Shown here: positions 1 through 9,720 of the stretch, piece by piece | How the letters are laid out: every line of letters begins with the position of its first letter | Numbering within the stretch: the first letter of the stretch is position 1 | Origin: a virus | IMG/VR virus record: IMGVR_UViG_3300042878_001341 | Location: 1 to 64,000 of that record | Reading direction: 5' to 3' (one strand) | DNA: 64,000 bases | The notes under the pieces: model-generated | Database searches by the model: none | Told to the model about the DNA's origin: nothing | What the model saw: only the letters and a program-made list of their open reading frames with translations | Position numbers and translations under genes: made by a program

Positions 1-1080
1 CTTATTTAAATTCTCAGCAATTAACGCCTCACGTTCCATTACCTTTTCAGGTTTCAATCTTGTTAGACGACCTTCAGCTCCAATTAACTCATCAATTAAT
101 TTTGTTTTTTCATCTTTGGCTTCAGTTGCCAAAGCGGCATAATCCATAGTCAAATCACCATCAGGTGATTTAAGGTTACCACTGAATTTACCTCTTACTC
201 TTGCCAATGTTTCTTTACAATATGCGATGAACCATCTTCTTACCCAAACTTGAGCCGGATTATTAAGATCCAACCAACTAATTTTATCGTAAGGTACATC
301 AGAAGGTAATTTAATAATATCAGGATTGTTTTTTAAACATGCGTCTCTATCTTCAGGACCAACATCGTAATACCAATACCAAACTCTACCTTTCATCATT
401 GTAGAATTACCAAAGTCAAATTTACCTCCAGGTGTATTCATTAAGTGAACTGCCTTTTTACCCCCCGGTAATGCGGTTACTCTATATGTTAAATCACCTG
501 AAATAATTCTTTTTTGAATATTGATCTCTTGCATTCTTAATAACATATCAAATGCTGGCATCATAAAATAACTTCCTGCCATATTACCCATTTGTGCGAA
601 TCCACCGGCTCCACCAATACCACCACCAAATTCACCAAAACCAAATCCCGCACCAAACATTGAACTGTTTAAAGTTGCCGGTGTGAACCATAATAATTCG
701 TTAAGTTCTCTGTTTTCAGGGATTTCATAAATCTGTTGGTTGGGAACTAATTGTATAAAATCTTTTTTAAGTACTGAATCGCCACCCGCTTGTAAACCTA
801 CGATCTTAGAATATGCGTAAGTGTATCGTGTTTCGTAATCTAAACTTCTTGTTGTGAACGCCTTTGATAATGATTGGGTGTCCATATTTAAATTATACAA
901 ATTAGTCCACTGAGATTCAGTTAACCAATCTTGTACGTATTGTGAATATTCGTCAATAGAAAATTCAAGAAGAGTGTCCATTTGTTCCTCTTCCAATTCT
1001 ATACTTCTAAGTGGTGCACCTAAAACGTGTTTAACTTTTTTGTATAGTTCACTTCTTTGTGGTTCGCTTATTATTGACAT
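1..1080 (-). CDS. Neck / head-tail adaptor protein, T4 gp13-like (3' end runs off the window)
   Basis: Not in the ORF track. Translated by hand from ATG at 1080: MSIISEPQRSELYKKVKHVLGAPLRSIELEEEQMD...WVRRWFIAYCKETLARVRGKFSG...DGDLTMDY, open to position 1. The N-terminal LGAP-x-IEL and C-terminal (R)GKFSG..G pattern is typical of gp13-like neck proteins. Confidence 0.75.
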   Translation of the reverse strand, partial: MSIISEPQRSELYKKVKHVLGAPLRSIELEEEQMDTLLEFSIDEYSQYVQDWLTESQWTNLYNLNMDTQSLSKAFTTRSLDYETRYTYAYSKIVGLQAGGDSVLKKDFIQLVPNQQIYEIPENRELNELLWFTPATLNSSMFGAGFGFGEFGGGIGGAGGFAQMGNMAGSYFMMPAFDMLLRMQEINIQKRIISGDLTYRVTALPGGKKAVHLMNTPGGKFDFGNSTMMKGRVWYWYYDVGPEDRDACLKNNPDIIKLPSDVPYDKISWLDLNNPAQVWVRRWFIAYCKETLARVRGKFSGNLKSPDGDLTMDYAALATEAKDEKTKLIDELIGAEGRLTRLKPEKVMEREALIAENLNK

Positions 1081-1105
1081 ATGACTTTTATTAATAAATA
1101 TCTTA

Positions 1106-2194
1106 TTATTTTGTTCTTAACAAATATAACTCATTAACAAATTCCCAATTTACATGGTTCCAAAAGTTATTGATGTATTCGTCACGTTTGTTACGATATT
1201 TTAAATAGTATGCGTGTTCCCACACATCAAGACCTAATAACGGGTATCCACCGTCCTTAACGACATTCATTAAAGGGTTATCTTGGTTAGGTGTGGATAT
1301 AATCTTCAATCTATTGTTTTTAGTTAAAATTAACCAAGCCCATCCAGATCCAAATCTATCTTTTGCTACCTGATTAAATTCGTCCTTTAATTTTTTAATA
1401 TTTCCGTATTGTTTTGTAATTTTTTCAAACACTTCACCACTTGGTTTCTGTTTAGTTGGACTTAACATTTTCCAAAATAATGCGTGATTAAAAGCTCCAC
1501 CAGCATTATTTCTAACTTTAGTGTCGTACTTACTAATGGTTTTAATTATGTCCTCTAATTCAACATCACCTTTCTTATTAGCAAGTGCATCGTTTAATTT
1601 TTTCACATAACCTTTATAATGTTTGTTGTAATGAACATCCATAGTTTCAGGATCAACAAATTGTTTCATTGATGAATATGAATATGGTAATTTTTCAATA
1701 CCAATTTTTTTCATCTCCATTATAAAATCTTTTTTAATGTTTTGTTTTTCAGAAATTAAAATTTGTTCGTTGATTAGATTAATTTTATTTTCTATACCTG
1801 TAAGTCCCTCAAAAACAAGTTCGTTAAATTGTGGGTATTCTTCTTCAAACATTTTAACTAATCTACCAGCATAAGCGTTTGCTTCATCTTCGTTTTGACC
1901 ACCAATGTTAGGACCTTGTTCTCTGTTAAGAACGTTTCTTTGGTAAGCATGAACCCATTCGTGAGCCAATGTTCTCATTATATCACGATTCAATCTACCA
2001 TCAGTTAAAACTTTAATACCATCTTCAGGGTGTTGACTACCTGTAGACATCCCCCCTATTTTTTGACCTACTAAATGAATAGTGATATCATTCTTTAATT
2101 GATAATTTCTTTGCAAAAATTTAATAAAGGTGTGAATTAACTCGTTATACTTAGAGTTAAGTCCTGAATTTGTACGTTTGATGCTTACTTTCAT
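1106..2194 (-). CDS. sodA: Fe/Mn superoxide dismutase (Mn-type signatures) fused to an N-terminal HExxH metallopeptidase-like domain
   Basis: C-terminal 200 aa contain LPYSY, HYNKH, NNAGGAFNHALFW, FGSGWAWL, NQDNP and DVWEHAYY, with all four metal ligands present. The N-terminus carries LAHEWVHAYQ...EDEANAYA. Confidence 0.9.
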   Translation of the reverse strand: MKVSIKRTNSGLNSKYNELIHTFIKFLQRNYQLKNDITIHLVGQKIGGMSTGSQHPEDGIKVLTDGRLNRDIMRTLAHEWVHAYQRNVLNREQGPNIGGQNEDEANAYAGRLVKMFEEEYPQFNELVFEGLTGIENKINLINEQILISEKQNIKKDFIMEMKKIGIEKLPYSYSSMKQFVDPETMDVHYNKHYKGYVKKLNDALANKKGDVELEDIIKTISKYDTKVRNNAGGAFNHALFWKMLSPTKQKPSGEVFEKITKQYGNIKKLKDEFNQVAKDRFGSGWAWLILTKNNRLKIISTPNQDNPLMNVVKDGGYPLLGLDVWEHAYYLKYRNKRDEYINNFWNHVNWEFVNELYLLRTK

Positions 2195-2225
2195 TATTGA
2201 TAAATATTATCAATAACATAAATAT

Positions 2226-3989
2226 TTACCTTCTCTTATTAATTAAGGTAAGGATTTCTTCCACAACATCACCAACGTTTTCAGGTTGTTGATCCCCCAT
2301 TACTGTTCTAATGATTTCCTTTTTACGATTTAGGATATCATATACCGCACCTTCTATTGTATTTTCATACAATGGGTAGTATACAAGTACGTTTGATTTT
2401 TGACCATAACGATATGCTCTATCTTCAGCCTGAGCGTGTTCTGCGGGAACAAATGATAGGTCATTCATAATAACAACCTCAGCTGCAGTTAAAGTTAAAC
2501 CTACACCTGCAGCTTTTAAGTTTCCAACAAATACTTTAATTTTATCGTTCTCTTGAAACTCATCAACCGCATTTTGACGATGAGGTTTGGAACAACTACC
2601 ATCTAAATAAACCGCCTGTTTACCAAAGTGTTGATAGATAGTTTGTAAAGTATCGGTGAAGTTAGTGAAGATTATAACTTTTTTACCTTGTTCAATGATA
2701 TTCTCAGCAAACTCAATAGTTTGGTTTGTTTTCTCATTTGCGATAACTTTTCTTACCTTCATCAATTTTGAGAACTGAACCGTAAGAGATGATGATTCAT
2801 CTTTTTTATTGTCAAACCAATCATAATATTCTCCCATCAATTCTTCATACTCTTTTGATTTCAAACGAAGATATACTGGTGAAATAATTTTATCAGGAAG
2901 ATCTAAAACATCTTCTTTTAATCTACGAAGAATTTGTTTTGATGTACGATCACGTAATTCTTCTAAGTTGGATGCACCTGTTACGTTCCAAACTTTTCTT
3001 TTACCCGCCATAAATTGGTACCCCTGACAATAACGAATGGCATAAGCCATCCAATTCTGAGCAACAGGTGATTCAATTATGTTTAATAAATTATAATAAT
3101 TCATTGGACGAGATGTCATCGGAGTTCCTGTTAATAACCAAACTCTTTTTATGTTCTTAACGTAATGATTAATAATTTTTGTTCTCTGAGCTTGTGGATT
3201 TGAGATCATATGTGCCTCATCTAAAATAACTAATTCAAATTCAGATTGATTCAATAAAGATTTACCTTTGTCTTTCATATCATGAAAGTTTTTAAGGATA
3301 TCGTAGTTAACGATAACAAAATCAGATTCAGTTGAAAATTTCTTACCTTCTGCAATATATACAGATCTATCCGTATAATTTTCAATTTCACGTTGCCAGT
3401 TAATCTTTAGTGATGCGGGACAAATTATTAATATTTTCTTCGCTCCCGTTTCTAAAGCCGCGATAATTGTTGCGGTTGTTTTACCAAGACCCATATCATC
3501 AGCAAGAATGAATCGTCTTGATCCCGCCAATTTTTCTATTGCTTCTTTTTGATGATCCAATGGTGGTCGGTGATCATATTTGGAATAATCTACTTCAACT
3601 TTTTCAACATTGTGTGTTTTTATTAATGAAGATTTTGGAACCCAAAATTCTGTTAATGGATCCTTTTCAAAAAACTTACCCCAAATATGGTATGATTTTT
3701 CTTTTTCAACTAATAATTTTTCAATGTAAATTTTATCAGGTATTTCCATCAAATATCTTTCTTCTGCAAACTTTTTTGCAAAATAAGTATCAAGGTCAAC
3801 CCACTTACGAGCAACTTTAGGTGCCGTATCATAATAATTTACGATGTAGTCCGCTTGAGTTCTTGTAGGATAAAACTTTTTACTTGTTTCTTTTTTTGTT
3901 TTTAGATACAATATATGATTATTGGCACCCGAATACGAGTCCAATAAGGATAGCGCCTTATGCTCTATTAATGATGGGGTAACTTCCAA
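2226..3989 (-). CDS. SNF2-family (SMARCAL1/HARP-like) helicase/ATPase
   Basis: Motifs ADDMGLGKT, LDEAH, LLTGTP, GVGLTLT and QAEDRAYRYGQ. Start placed at in-frame TTG 3989 because the ORF-track start at 4046 lies in the divergent promoter region. Confidence 0.85.
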   Translation of the reverse strand: MEVTPSLIEHKALSLLDSYSGANNHILYLKTKKETSKKFYPTRTQADYIVNYYDTAPKVARKWVDLDTYFAKKFAEERYLMEIPDKIYIEKLLVEKEKSYHIWGKFFEKDPLTEFWVPKSSLIKTHNVEKVEVDYSKYDHRPPLDHQKEAIEKLAGSRRFILADDMGLGKTTATIIAALETGAKKILIICPASLKINWQREIENYTDRSVYIAEGKKFSTESDFVIVNYDILKNFHDMKDKGKSLLNQSEFELVILDEAHMISNPQAQRTKIINHYVKNIKRVWLLTGTPMTSRPMNYYNLLNIIESPVAQNWMAYAIRYCQGYQFMAGKRKVWNVTGASNLEELRDRTSKQILRRLKEDVLDLPDKIISPVYLRLKSKEYEELMGEYYDWFDNKKDESSSLTVQFSKLMKVRKVIANEKTNQTIEFAENIIEQGKKVIIFTNFTDTLQTIYQHFGKQAVYLDGSCSKPHRQNAVDEFQENDKIKVFVGNLKAAGVGLTLTAAEVVIMNDLSFVPAEHAQAEDRAYRYGQKSNVLVYYPLYENTIEGAVYDILNRKKEIIRTVMGDQQPENVGDVVEEILTLINKRR

Positions 3990-4024
3990 AATTTTGTTTT
4001 TTATAAAAATAACAATAAAAAAGA

Positions 4025-4040
4025 TATTTATCAATAAATA
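4025..4040. promoter_or_regulatory. Inverted pair of TATTTAT motifs (TATTTAT-CA-ATAAATA), putative divergent late promoter
   Basis: Perfect inverted repeat of the motif found upstream of most structural genes. It lies between the divergent starts at 3989 (-) and 4048 (+). Confidence 0.55.
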
Positions 4041-4047
4041 CGACAAA

Positions 4048-4560
4048 ATGGCGAATAGAGTTCCTATAACAAGATTAGGTAAATTTTTTGGAGAAAACGA
4101 TTTTAACCTTGAAGTTGAGATGGGTCAAGAGTGGTTAGTTGGTGATATGAATTACACTTGTGTGCTTTATAGAGTTGATAAAACCAAAACTAAAATTGAC
4201 AACGTATATGGTGAAACAGTTAAAGATGGGATTAAATTTTTACCCCCTGTTGAGTTTAACGCATATGTTGCGATTGCCGCACCTGAGAATAAATTTTTAG
4301 GTTCTACTAAAATGGATCAGTTTGAACCAGGAAATATTACAATGTCAGTTTATTTAAAAACTTTAGAAGATTTAGAAATTGATATTCAATTTGGTGATTA
4401 TGTTGGTTATTACGATACGGAAAGTTTTGTGAGATACTATACCGTTGTTAATGATGGTCGTGTCACTTCAGATATAAAACATACTTATAAAGGGTATAAA
4501 CCTTTTTATAGAACAATAATGGGATCACCTGTTGGTCCAAATGAATTTAGAGGATTATGA
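4048..4560 (+). CDS. Neck / head-closure protein, T4 gp14-like (putative)
   Basis: Likely start MANRVP at 4048, just after TATTTAT. VLYRVD..T..DNVYGE and GDYVGY patterns plus position among neck genes. Confidence 0.55.
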   Translation: MANRVPITRLGKFFGENDFNLEVEMGQEWLVGDMNYTCVLYRVDKTKTKIDNVYGETVKDGIKFLPPVEFNAYVAIAAPENKFLGSTKMDQFEPGNITMSVYLKTLEDLEIDIQFGDYVGYYDTESFVRYYTVVNDGRVTSDIKHTYKGYKPFYRTIMGSPVGPNEFRGL

Positions 4561-4985
4561 GAATAATAATTACTGAAGAACAGGAAGAGTTGTTAAAAAA
4601 TAATATTAACGATTTAATCGGCAAAAAAGTTATGTGTTATTATGACTTACACAGACATACTTTTTCTGTCACATATAAAGGACTTGTTATGTTAAAGGCT
4701 GACTATTTAAGATTAAGTGATGTTGAATTTAGAGTAAGAAAGGGTGGTAAACAAAAAGTTAGAGATGAACAAAGAAAAAATGTACACGCATTTGTAATTG
4801 GTCATTTAGATGATTATTGTGAGTTCCCTTGTGAAGATATTCCCCAACCTGAGTCAAATGAAGTAGTAACATATAATCCTTACAAATACGATTCCTTCGT
4901 AATCAAAAGTACTGAAGAACCAATTTATAAGGCAAATGAAATTGAAATGATTAACATTAAAGATAAAATATTTTTAATAAACTAA
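4557..4985 (+). CDS. Conserved hypothetical phage protein (RKNVHAFV motif)
   Basis: ORF coupled to the upstream gene by an ATGA overlap. YYDLH..TFSV, RKNVHAFVIG and YNPYK motifs recur in phage proteins of unknown function. N-terminal MRIIITEEQ leader. Confidence 0.6.
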   Translation: MRIIITEEQEELLKNNINDLIGKKVMCYYDLHRHTFSVTYKGLVMLKADYLRLSDVEFRVRKGGKQKVRDEQRKNVHAFVIGHLDDYCEFPCEDIPQPESNEVVTYNPYKYDSFVIKSTEEPIYKANEIEMINIKDKIFLIN

Positions 4986-4986
4986 C

Positions 4987-6024
4987 ATGGGGTTACCTAA
5001 AAAAATTAAGAAAGACATATCGTTAATACCTAAGAAGACACTTCTTCCTAGAAGACACGAGATTGCTGATATGATTTCAGAAGATGGAACTTATTTACCC
5101 AAAAGTTTATTACACGCAGATTTAGATAGAGGGTTTTTAGATTTTGTTAAAGACGGATTAAAAACTGTTGTTGAGGGAAAAACCGTACCTATGGTTGATG
5201 TTTTAGTCACAACACAGAATTGGGCTCAGTTTGTTGAGACATGGGACTTTGAAAATATTGATAAGAATGTTGAACCACCATTTATCACGGTGATCAGAAC
5301 ACCTGAAGTGAAATATGGTAATAACCCTGCGGTTATGTACAATATTCCAAACAGAAGATTGTATTACTACGCTAAGGTACCAACATTTGATGGACAACGT
5401 CATGGTATGGATATTTACAAGATACCACAACCTGTACCTGTAGATATAAAATATACGGTCGCAATTGTTTGTAATAGAATGAGAGAATTAAATAAATTCA
5501 ACCAAATTGTATTAGAAAAATTTGCTTCAAGACAATCCTATCAAACAATAAAAGGTCACTACATTCCAATTATTAATGATGACATTTCCGATGAATCAAT
5601 TTTGGATTTGGAAAAGAGAAAAGTATACATTCAAAAATATAGTTTCACAATGATGGGATTCTTAATAGATGAAGATGAGTTTGAGGTACAACCTGCAGTT
5701 ACAAGAATATTTCAAATGTACGAAACTGAAAGTAAAATCAAAAAAAGAAAACCTAAAAAGGAAGTACCTAACTTACCCCCAACCGCAACATTTAATTATT
5801 CGGATATTGAAATAGAAAGGGAAGAAACGTTTCGTTATACCGTAAACATGAGATTCATGGATAGTGATAATGTTGAAACCTATTCTGTATTCATTAATGA
5901 TGATTATTATGGTGATGATATAAATGAAATACAAGTTAATAATGGGGACGTTATTAAAATTATAATTGATAAAAAAATCGGTGGACAACCATCGTCAATA
6001 GTATTTAACGAAGAGTTACTTTAA
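4987..6024 (+). CDS. Tail terminator / tail completion protein, T4 gp15-like (putative)
   Basis: PVPVDIKYTVAIVCNRMRELNKFNQIVLEKF resembles the gp15-like PVP...I...Q motif. Located directly upstream of the sheath gene. Confidence 0.6.
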   Translation: MGLPKKIKKDISLIPKKTLLPRRHEIADMISEDGTYLPKSLLHADLDRGFLDFVKDGLKTVVEGKTVPMVDVLVTTQNWAQFVETWDFENIDKNVEPPFITVIRTPEVKYGNNPAVMYNIPNRRLYYYAKVPTFDGQRHGMDIYKIPQPVPVDIKYTVAIVCNRMRELNKFNQIVLEKFASRQSYQTIKGHYIPIINDDISDESILDLEKRKVYIQKYSFTMMGFLIDEDEFEVQPAVTRIFQMYETESKIKKRKPKKEVPNLPPTATFNYSDIEIEREETFRYTVNMRFMDSDNVETYSVFINDDYYGDDINEIQVNNGDVIKIIIDKKIGGQPSSIVFNEELL

Positions 6025-6185
6025 TCTTCCCCGTATATATCTTTTTTCTCCTTACATTTCTCAAAAATAAGGTTTTCCAAAAACCGATACATTTTAATAC
6101 CACGTTTATCACAATACTTCTTTAAAGCATCATGTGATTCAACTGAAATCTTCAAGTTTTTTATCTTCTTAGTATCTTTATCCAT
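6021..6185 (-). CDS. Small ribbon-helix-helix-like DNA-binding protein (54 aa)
   Basis: Not in the ORF track. MDKDTKKIKNLKISVESHDALKKYCDKRGIKMYRFLENLIFEKCKEKKDIYGED* shows a strand-helix-G-helix pattern like CopG/Arc. It has its own TATTTAT motif (- strand) at 6222-6228. Confidence 0.65.
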   Translation of the reverse strand: MDKDTKKIKNLKISVESHDALKKYCDKRGIKMYRFLENLIFEKCKEKKDIYGED

Positions 6186-6264
6186 AGGTAGAAAAAAGGC
6201 AGAATAAAATCATACCAAAATATAAATAGTTTAGAATAAGTAAAGTTTTTCCCCGAATTATCAA

Positions 6265-6271
6265 TATTTAT
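6265..6271 (+). promoter_or_regulatory. TATTTAT putative late promoter element upstream of tail sheath
   Basis: Same motif precedes most structural genes in the window. Confidence 0.55.
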
Positions 6272-6308
6272 ATAATAAATAAAATTAAAAACAAAAATAA
6301 ACTAAATT

Positions 6309-9300
6309 ATGGCAACTAACGGTAAAGTATTCGTATCACCTGGTGTTTATACTTCTGAAGTGGATTTAAGTTTTGTAGCACAAAGTGTGGGGGTTACCAC
6401 ATTAGGTATTGCAGGTGAAACTTTAAAGGGTCCGGCTTTTGAACCGATATTCATCAAAAATTATGAGGAATTTCAAACGTATTTCGGTGGTACATCCGCT
6501 GAAAAATTTGTGAACACACAAATCCCTAAGTATGAGGCGGCTTACATCGCTAAATCATATTTACAACAATCTAATCAATTATTCGTAACAAGAATCTTAG
6601 GTCTTTCAGGTTATGATGCGGGACCATCATGGTCTATTATAACACAAGCAAATGTTGATCCTAATACGATTGACTTTTATTGTGAAGATCCACAAATCGT
6701 AGATTGTTTACCTTATTGTGATCCGGCAGATTATAAAACATTAAACTATACTGTAGAATTTACGGGATGTTCAAACTCACAAGCGTCAATTAGTTATGTA
6801 ACTAATTTCCCTGATGAAATTGAAAATCTTTTAACTGTTCCTTTTGAGCAATTCAATGGTAACACATCAACATTAGAAACCCAAATCAATAATTTGATTT
6901 CTGATGTATTAACAGATGCTAATCCATTAACCGCACAAACTAACACAATTGAATATTTTGGTTCTATATACGGTCCTGACTACGATACATTGTCAACAGT
7001 TTTCACAAATGAAACTAATGTTTATGGTGTACCTTCAGTATCAAGTACTTTGACTGATTATACGTCACCATTCAACGATCCTTGGTATTATTCATTGTTT
7101 TCTAACAATGGTAACAATAGTTATTCAGGATTCTCATTCTTTGCATATGTTGATGATTTGACTTTAATACCGGTAACTACAACAACAACAGTCGCAACAA
7201 CTCCAACTCCTACACCATCAGCGGTTAATCCATGTGCTACGGCAACACCAATGCCGTCACCAACACCTACACCAACTGCGGTTAATAACAATTGTTATAC
7301 AGGTACTATTAATGGAACAATTTATTATTACACAGGTACATCTTACACTGAGTACGATAATTTAGTTGTTGGTACATTAAGATCAAGAGGTATTGCGACA
7401 TATGAGGACTCTACAAACCCAGTATTTGAAGTAACAGACATTAATCATGTTACTATAGATATGAGTGGTCAGTATTCAGGTGTTACTAAAAACCCTTACT
7501 TACCATTTTTAATCAATGTTACAAATGATGAAGGTACTTCATTTACGTTTGAAACTTCATTCGCAACTTCAGATTCTCAATATATTTCTAAAGTATTCGG
7601 AGCAACTAACTTCCAAAAACCAAGAAAAAATGTTCCTTTATTCTTAGAGGAAAGATTCCAAGCGTTATTAAACTACGGATGGAACAAAGGATACATTAGA
7701 GGTTTGAGTTCAGAATTAATAGCGTTAGATTCAGCACAAAGTGGACAACAAGATAGTATTGGATGGTACTTAGATAGATACCAATCACCAAGTACTCCTT
7801 GGATTGTTTCTGAGTTAAGAGGTACAAAAGTATTTAACTTATTCAAGTTCTACTCAATTTCTGATGGTAATTCAGCAAACTCTGAAATTAAAGTTTCACT
7901 TTTCAATATGTCATTCTCCAATGGAACGTTTGATGTAATTGTAAGAGATTACTATGATTCAGATGCTAACCCAACAGTTTTAGAGAAATTTACAAGTTGT
8001 AGTATGGACCCAAGTCAAAATAATTTCATCGGTAAAAAAATCGGATCTTTAGACGGAGAATACGCATTGAACTCTAAATTTGTAATGGTTGAGATGAATG
8101 AAGATGCACCTGTTGATTCATTACCTTGTGGTTTTGACGGATACACATTCAGAGAGTACGATGGTGTTACACCTCCATTCCCTGTTTACAAAACTAAATA
8201 TGATTTCCCAGGTGAAGTTGTATATAACCCACCGTTCGGATTTACAAACGGTAACGATGATTCCATCAGATCAAATGGTGATAACGTTAGAAGAACTTAT
8301 TTAGGTTTCTCTAACAACATTGGATTTGATACTGACTTCTTCCAATACAAAGGAAAACGTGCTCCAATTGACTTATGTAATGTTGATGGAGTTGAATGGG
8401 GTTATCAAACAAGAGGATTCCACATGGATAAAGACGCTAGTGTTATTGAAATAGGACCGGCATTTGCAACAAGTGGAACACCTAAATACTATGTTGGTGA
8501 TGCTACATTCCAACAAGAACCTACAAGTGAAACAAGTCCATATTACAGAATTTACTCAAGAAAATTCACAACAATGTTCTATGGTGGTTTTGATGGATGG
8601 GATATCTATAGAGAATACAGAACAAACGGAGACAGATATGTTTTAGGTAGAACTGGATTCTTGAATGGAGCTTGTCCTTCACCAAGATACCCAACCGCAA
8701 CAGGATGGGGATCATTTAAACAGATCTCAATCGGTGATGGAACACAAAGTTTTGCAAATACTGACTACTACGCTTACTTATTAGGAATCCAAACATTCTC
8801 TAATCCTGAGGCGGTTAACATCAATGTATTTGTATCTCCAGGTATTGACTATGTAAACAATAGTGACTTAGTTGAATCAACAATTGATATGATTGAAAAC
8901 AACAGAGCTGACTCATTGTATATCACAACAACACCTGACTACAACTTGTTCTTACCAACAACTACAGGTGGTGATGGATTAATTTACCCACAAGAAGCGG
9001 TTGACAACTTAGAACAAACAGGAATTGACTCTAACTACACGGCAACTTACTACCCATGGGTATTAACTCGTGATAGTGTGAACAATACGCAAATCTACAT
9101 CCCAGCAACGGCTGAGGTGACAAGAAACTTGGCATTGACCGATAACATTGCATTCCCATGGTTCGCAGCAGCAGGTTACACAAGAGGTATTGTAAACTCA
9201 ATCAAAGCTCGTAAGAAGTTGACTCAAGAAGATAGAGATACTCTTTACCAAGGAAGAATCAACCCAATCGCAACCTTCTCTGATGTTGGTACGGTAATTT

Positions 9301-9650
9301 GGGGTAATAAGACTCTTCAAGTTAGAGAATCTGCACTTGATAGAATCAACGTAAGAAGATTATTATTACAAGCTCGTAAATTGATTTCAGCAGTTTCTGT
9401 GAGATTGTTGTTTGATCAAAACGACGAACAAGTAAGACAAGACTTCTTAAATGCGGTTAATCCGATCTTAGATGCTATCAGAAGAGACAGAGGTTTATAC
9501 GACTTTAGAGTTACGGTTTCAAGTGACACTGAAGACTTAGATAGAAATCAATTAGTAGGTAAAATCTATATCAAACCAACTCGTTCTTTAGAGTTCATAG
9601 ATATAACATTCTACATCACTCCAACAGGAGCATCGTTTGATAATATCTAA
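6309..9650 (+). CDS. Contractile tail sheath protein (T4 gp18-like) with large insertion
   Basis: N-terminal VSPGVYTSEVDLS and KGPAFEP. C-terminal YYPWV, PWFAAAGYTRG, LYQGRINPI, WGNKTLQ, LDRINVRRLL and IKPTRSLEFI. Confidence 0.95.
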   Translation: MATNGKVFVSPGVYTSEVDLSFVAQSVGVTTLGIAGETLKGPAFEPIFIKNYEEFQTYFGGTSAEKFVNTQIPKYEAAYIAKSYLQQSNQLFVTRILGLSGYDAGPSWSIITQANVDPNTIDFYCEDPQIVDCLPYCDPADYKTLNYTVEFTGCSNSQASISYVTNFPDEIENLLTVPFEQFNGNTSTLETQINNLISDVLTDANPLTAQTNTIEYFGSIYGPDYDTLSTVFTNETNVYGVPSVSSTLTDYTSPFNDPWYYSLFSNNGNNSYSGFSFFAYVDDLTLIPVTTTTTVATTPTPTPSAVNPCATATPMPSPTPTPTAVNNNCYTGTINGTIYYYTGTSYTEYDNLVVGTLRSRGIATYEDSTNPVFEVTDINHVTIDMSGQYSGVTKNPYLPFLINVTNDEGTSFTFETSFATSDSQYISKVFGATNFQKPRKNVPLFLEERFQALLNYGWNKGYIRGLSSELIALDSAQSGQQDSIGWYLDRYQSPSTPWIVSELRGTKVFNLFKFYSISDGNSANSEIKVSLFNMSFSNGTFDVIVRDYYDSDANPTVLEKFTSCSMDPSQNNFIGKKIGSLDGEYALNSKFVMVEMNEDAPVDSLPCGFDGYTFREYDGVTPPFPVYKTKYDFPGEVVYNPPFGFTNGNDDSIRSNGDNVRRTYLGFSNNIGFDTDFFQYKGKRAPIDLCNVDGVEWGYQTRGFHMDKDASVIEIGPAFATSGTPKYYVGDATFQQEPTSETSPYYRIYSRKFTTMFYGGFDGWDIYREYRTNGDRYVLGRTGFLNGACPSPRYPTATGWGSFKQISIGDGTQSFANTDYYAYLLGIQTFSNPEAVNINVFVSPGIDYVNNSDLVESTIDMIENNRADSLYITTTPDYNLFLPTTTGGDGLIYPQEAVDNLEQTGIDSNYTATYYPWVLTRDSVNNTQIYIPATAEVTRNLALTDNIAFPWFAAAGYTRGIVNSIKARKKLTQEDRDTLYQGRINPIATFSDVGTVIWGNKTLQVRESALDRINVRRLLLQARKLISAVSVRLLFDQNDEQVRQDFLNAVNPILDAIRRDRGLYDFRVTVSSDTEDLDRNQLVGKIYIKPTRSLEFIDITFYITPTGASFDNI

Positions 9651-9670
9651 TCAGATAATTAAATTTAATG

Positions 9671-9697
9671 AAAAGGGGAATTCGTTCCCCTTTTTTT
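9671..9697 (+). terminator. Rho-independent terminator after sheath gene
   Basis: AAAAGGGGAA-TTCG-TTCCCCTTTT hairpin followed by a T run. Confidence 0.85.
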
Positions 9698-9720
9698 ATT
9701 TTCCTAATATTTATTAATGT

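Noticed and set aside
3922-4047. Long overlapping N-termini of the helicase (to 4046) and neck protein (from 3922) given in the ORF track
   Set aside because: The extensions cross the divergent promoter region. Starts at 3989 (TTG) and 4048 (ATG) remove the overlap.
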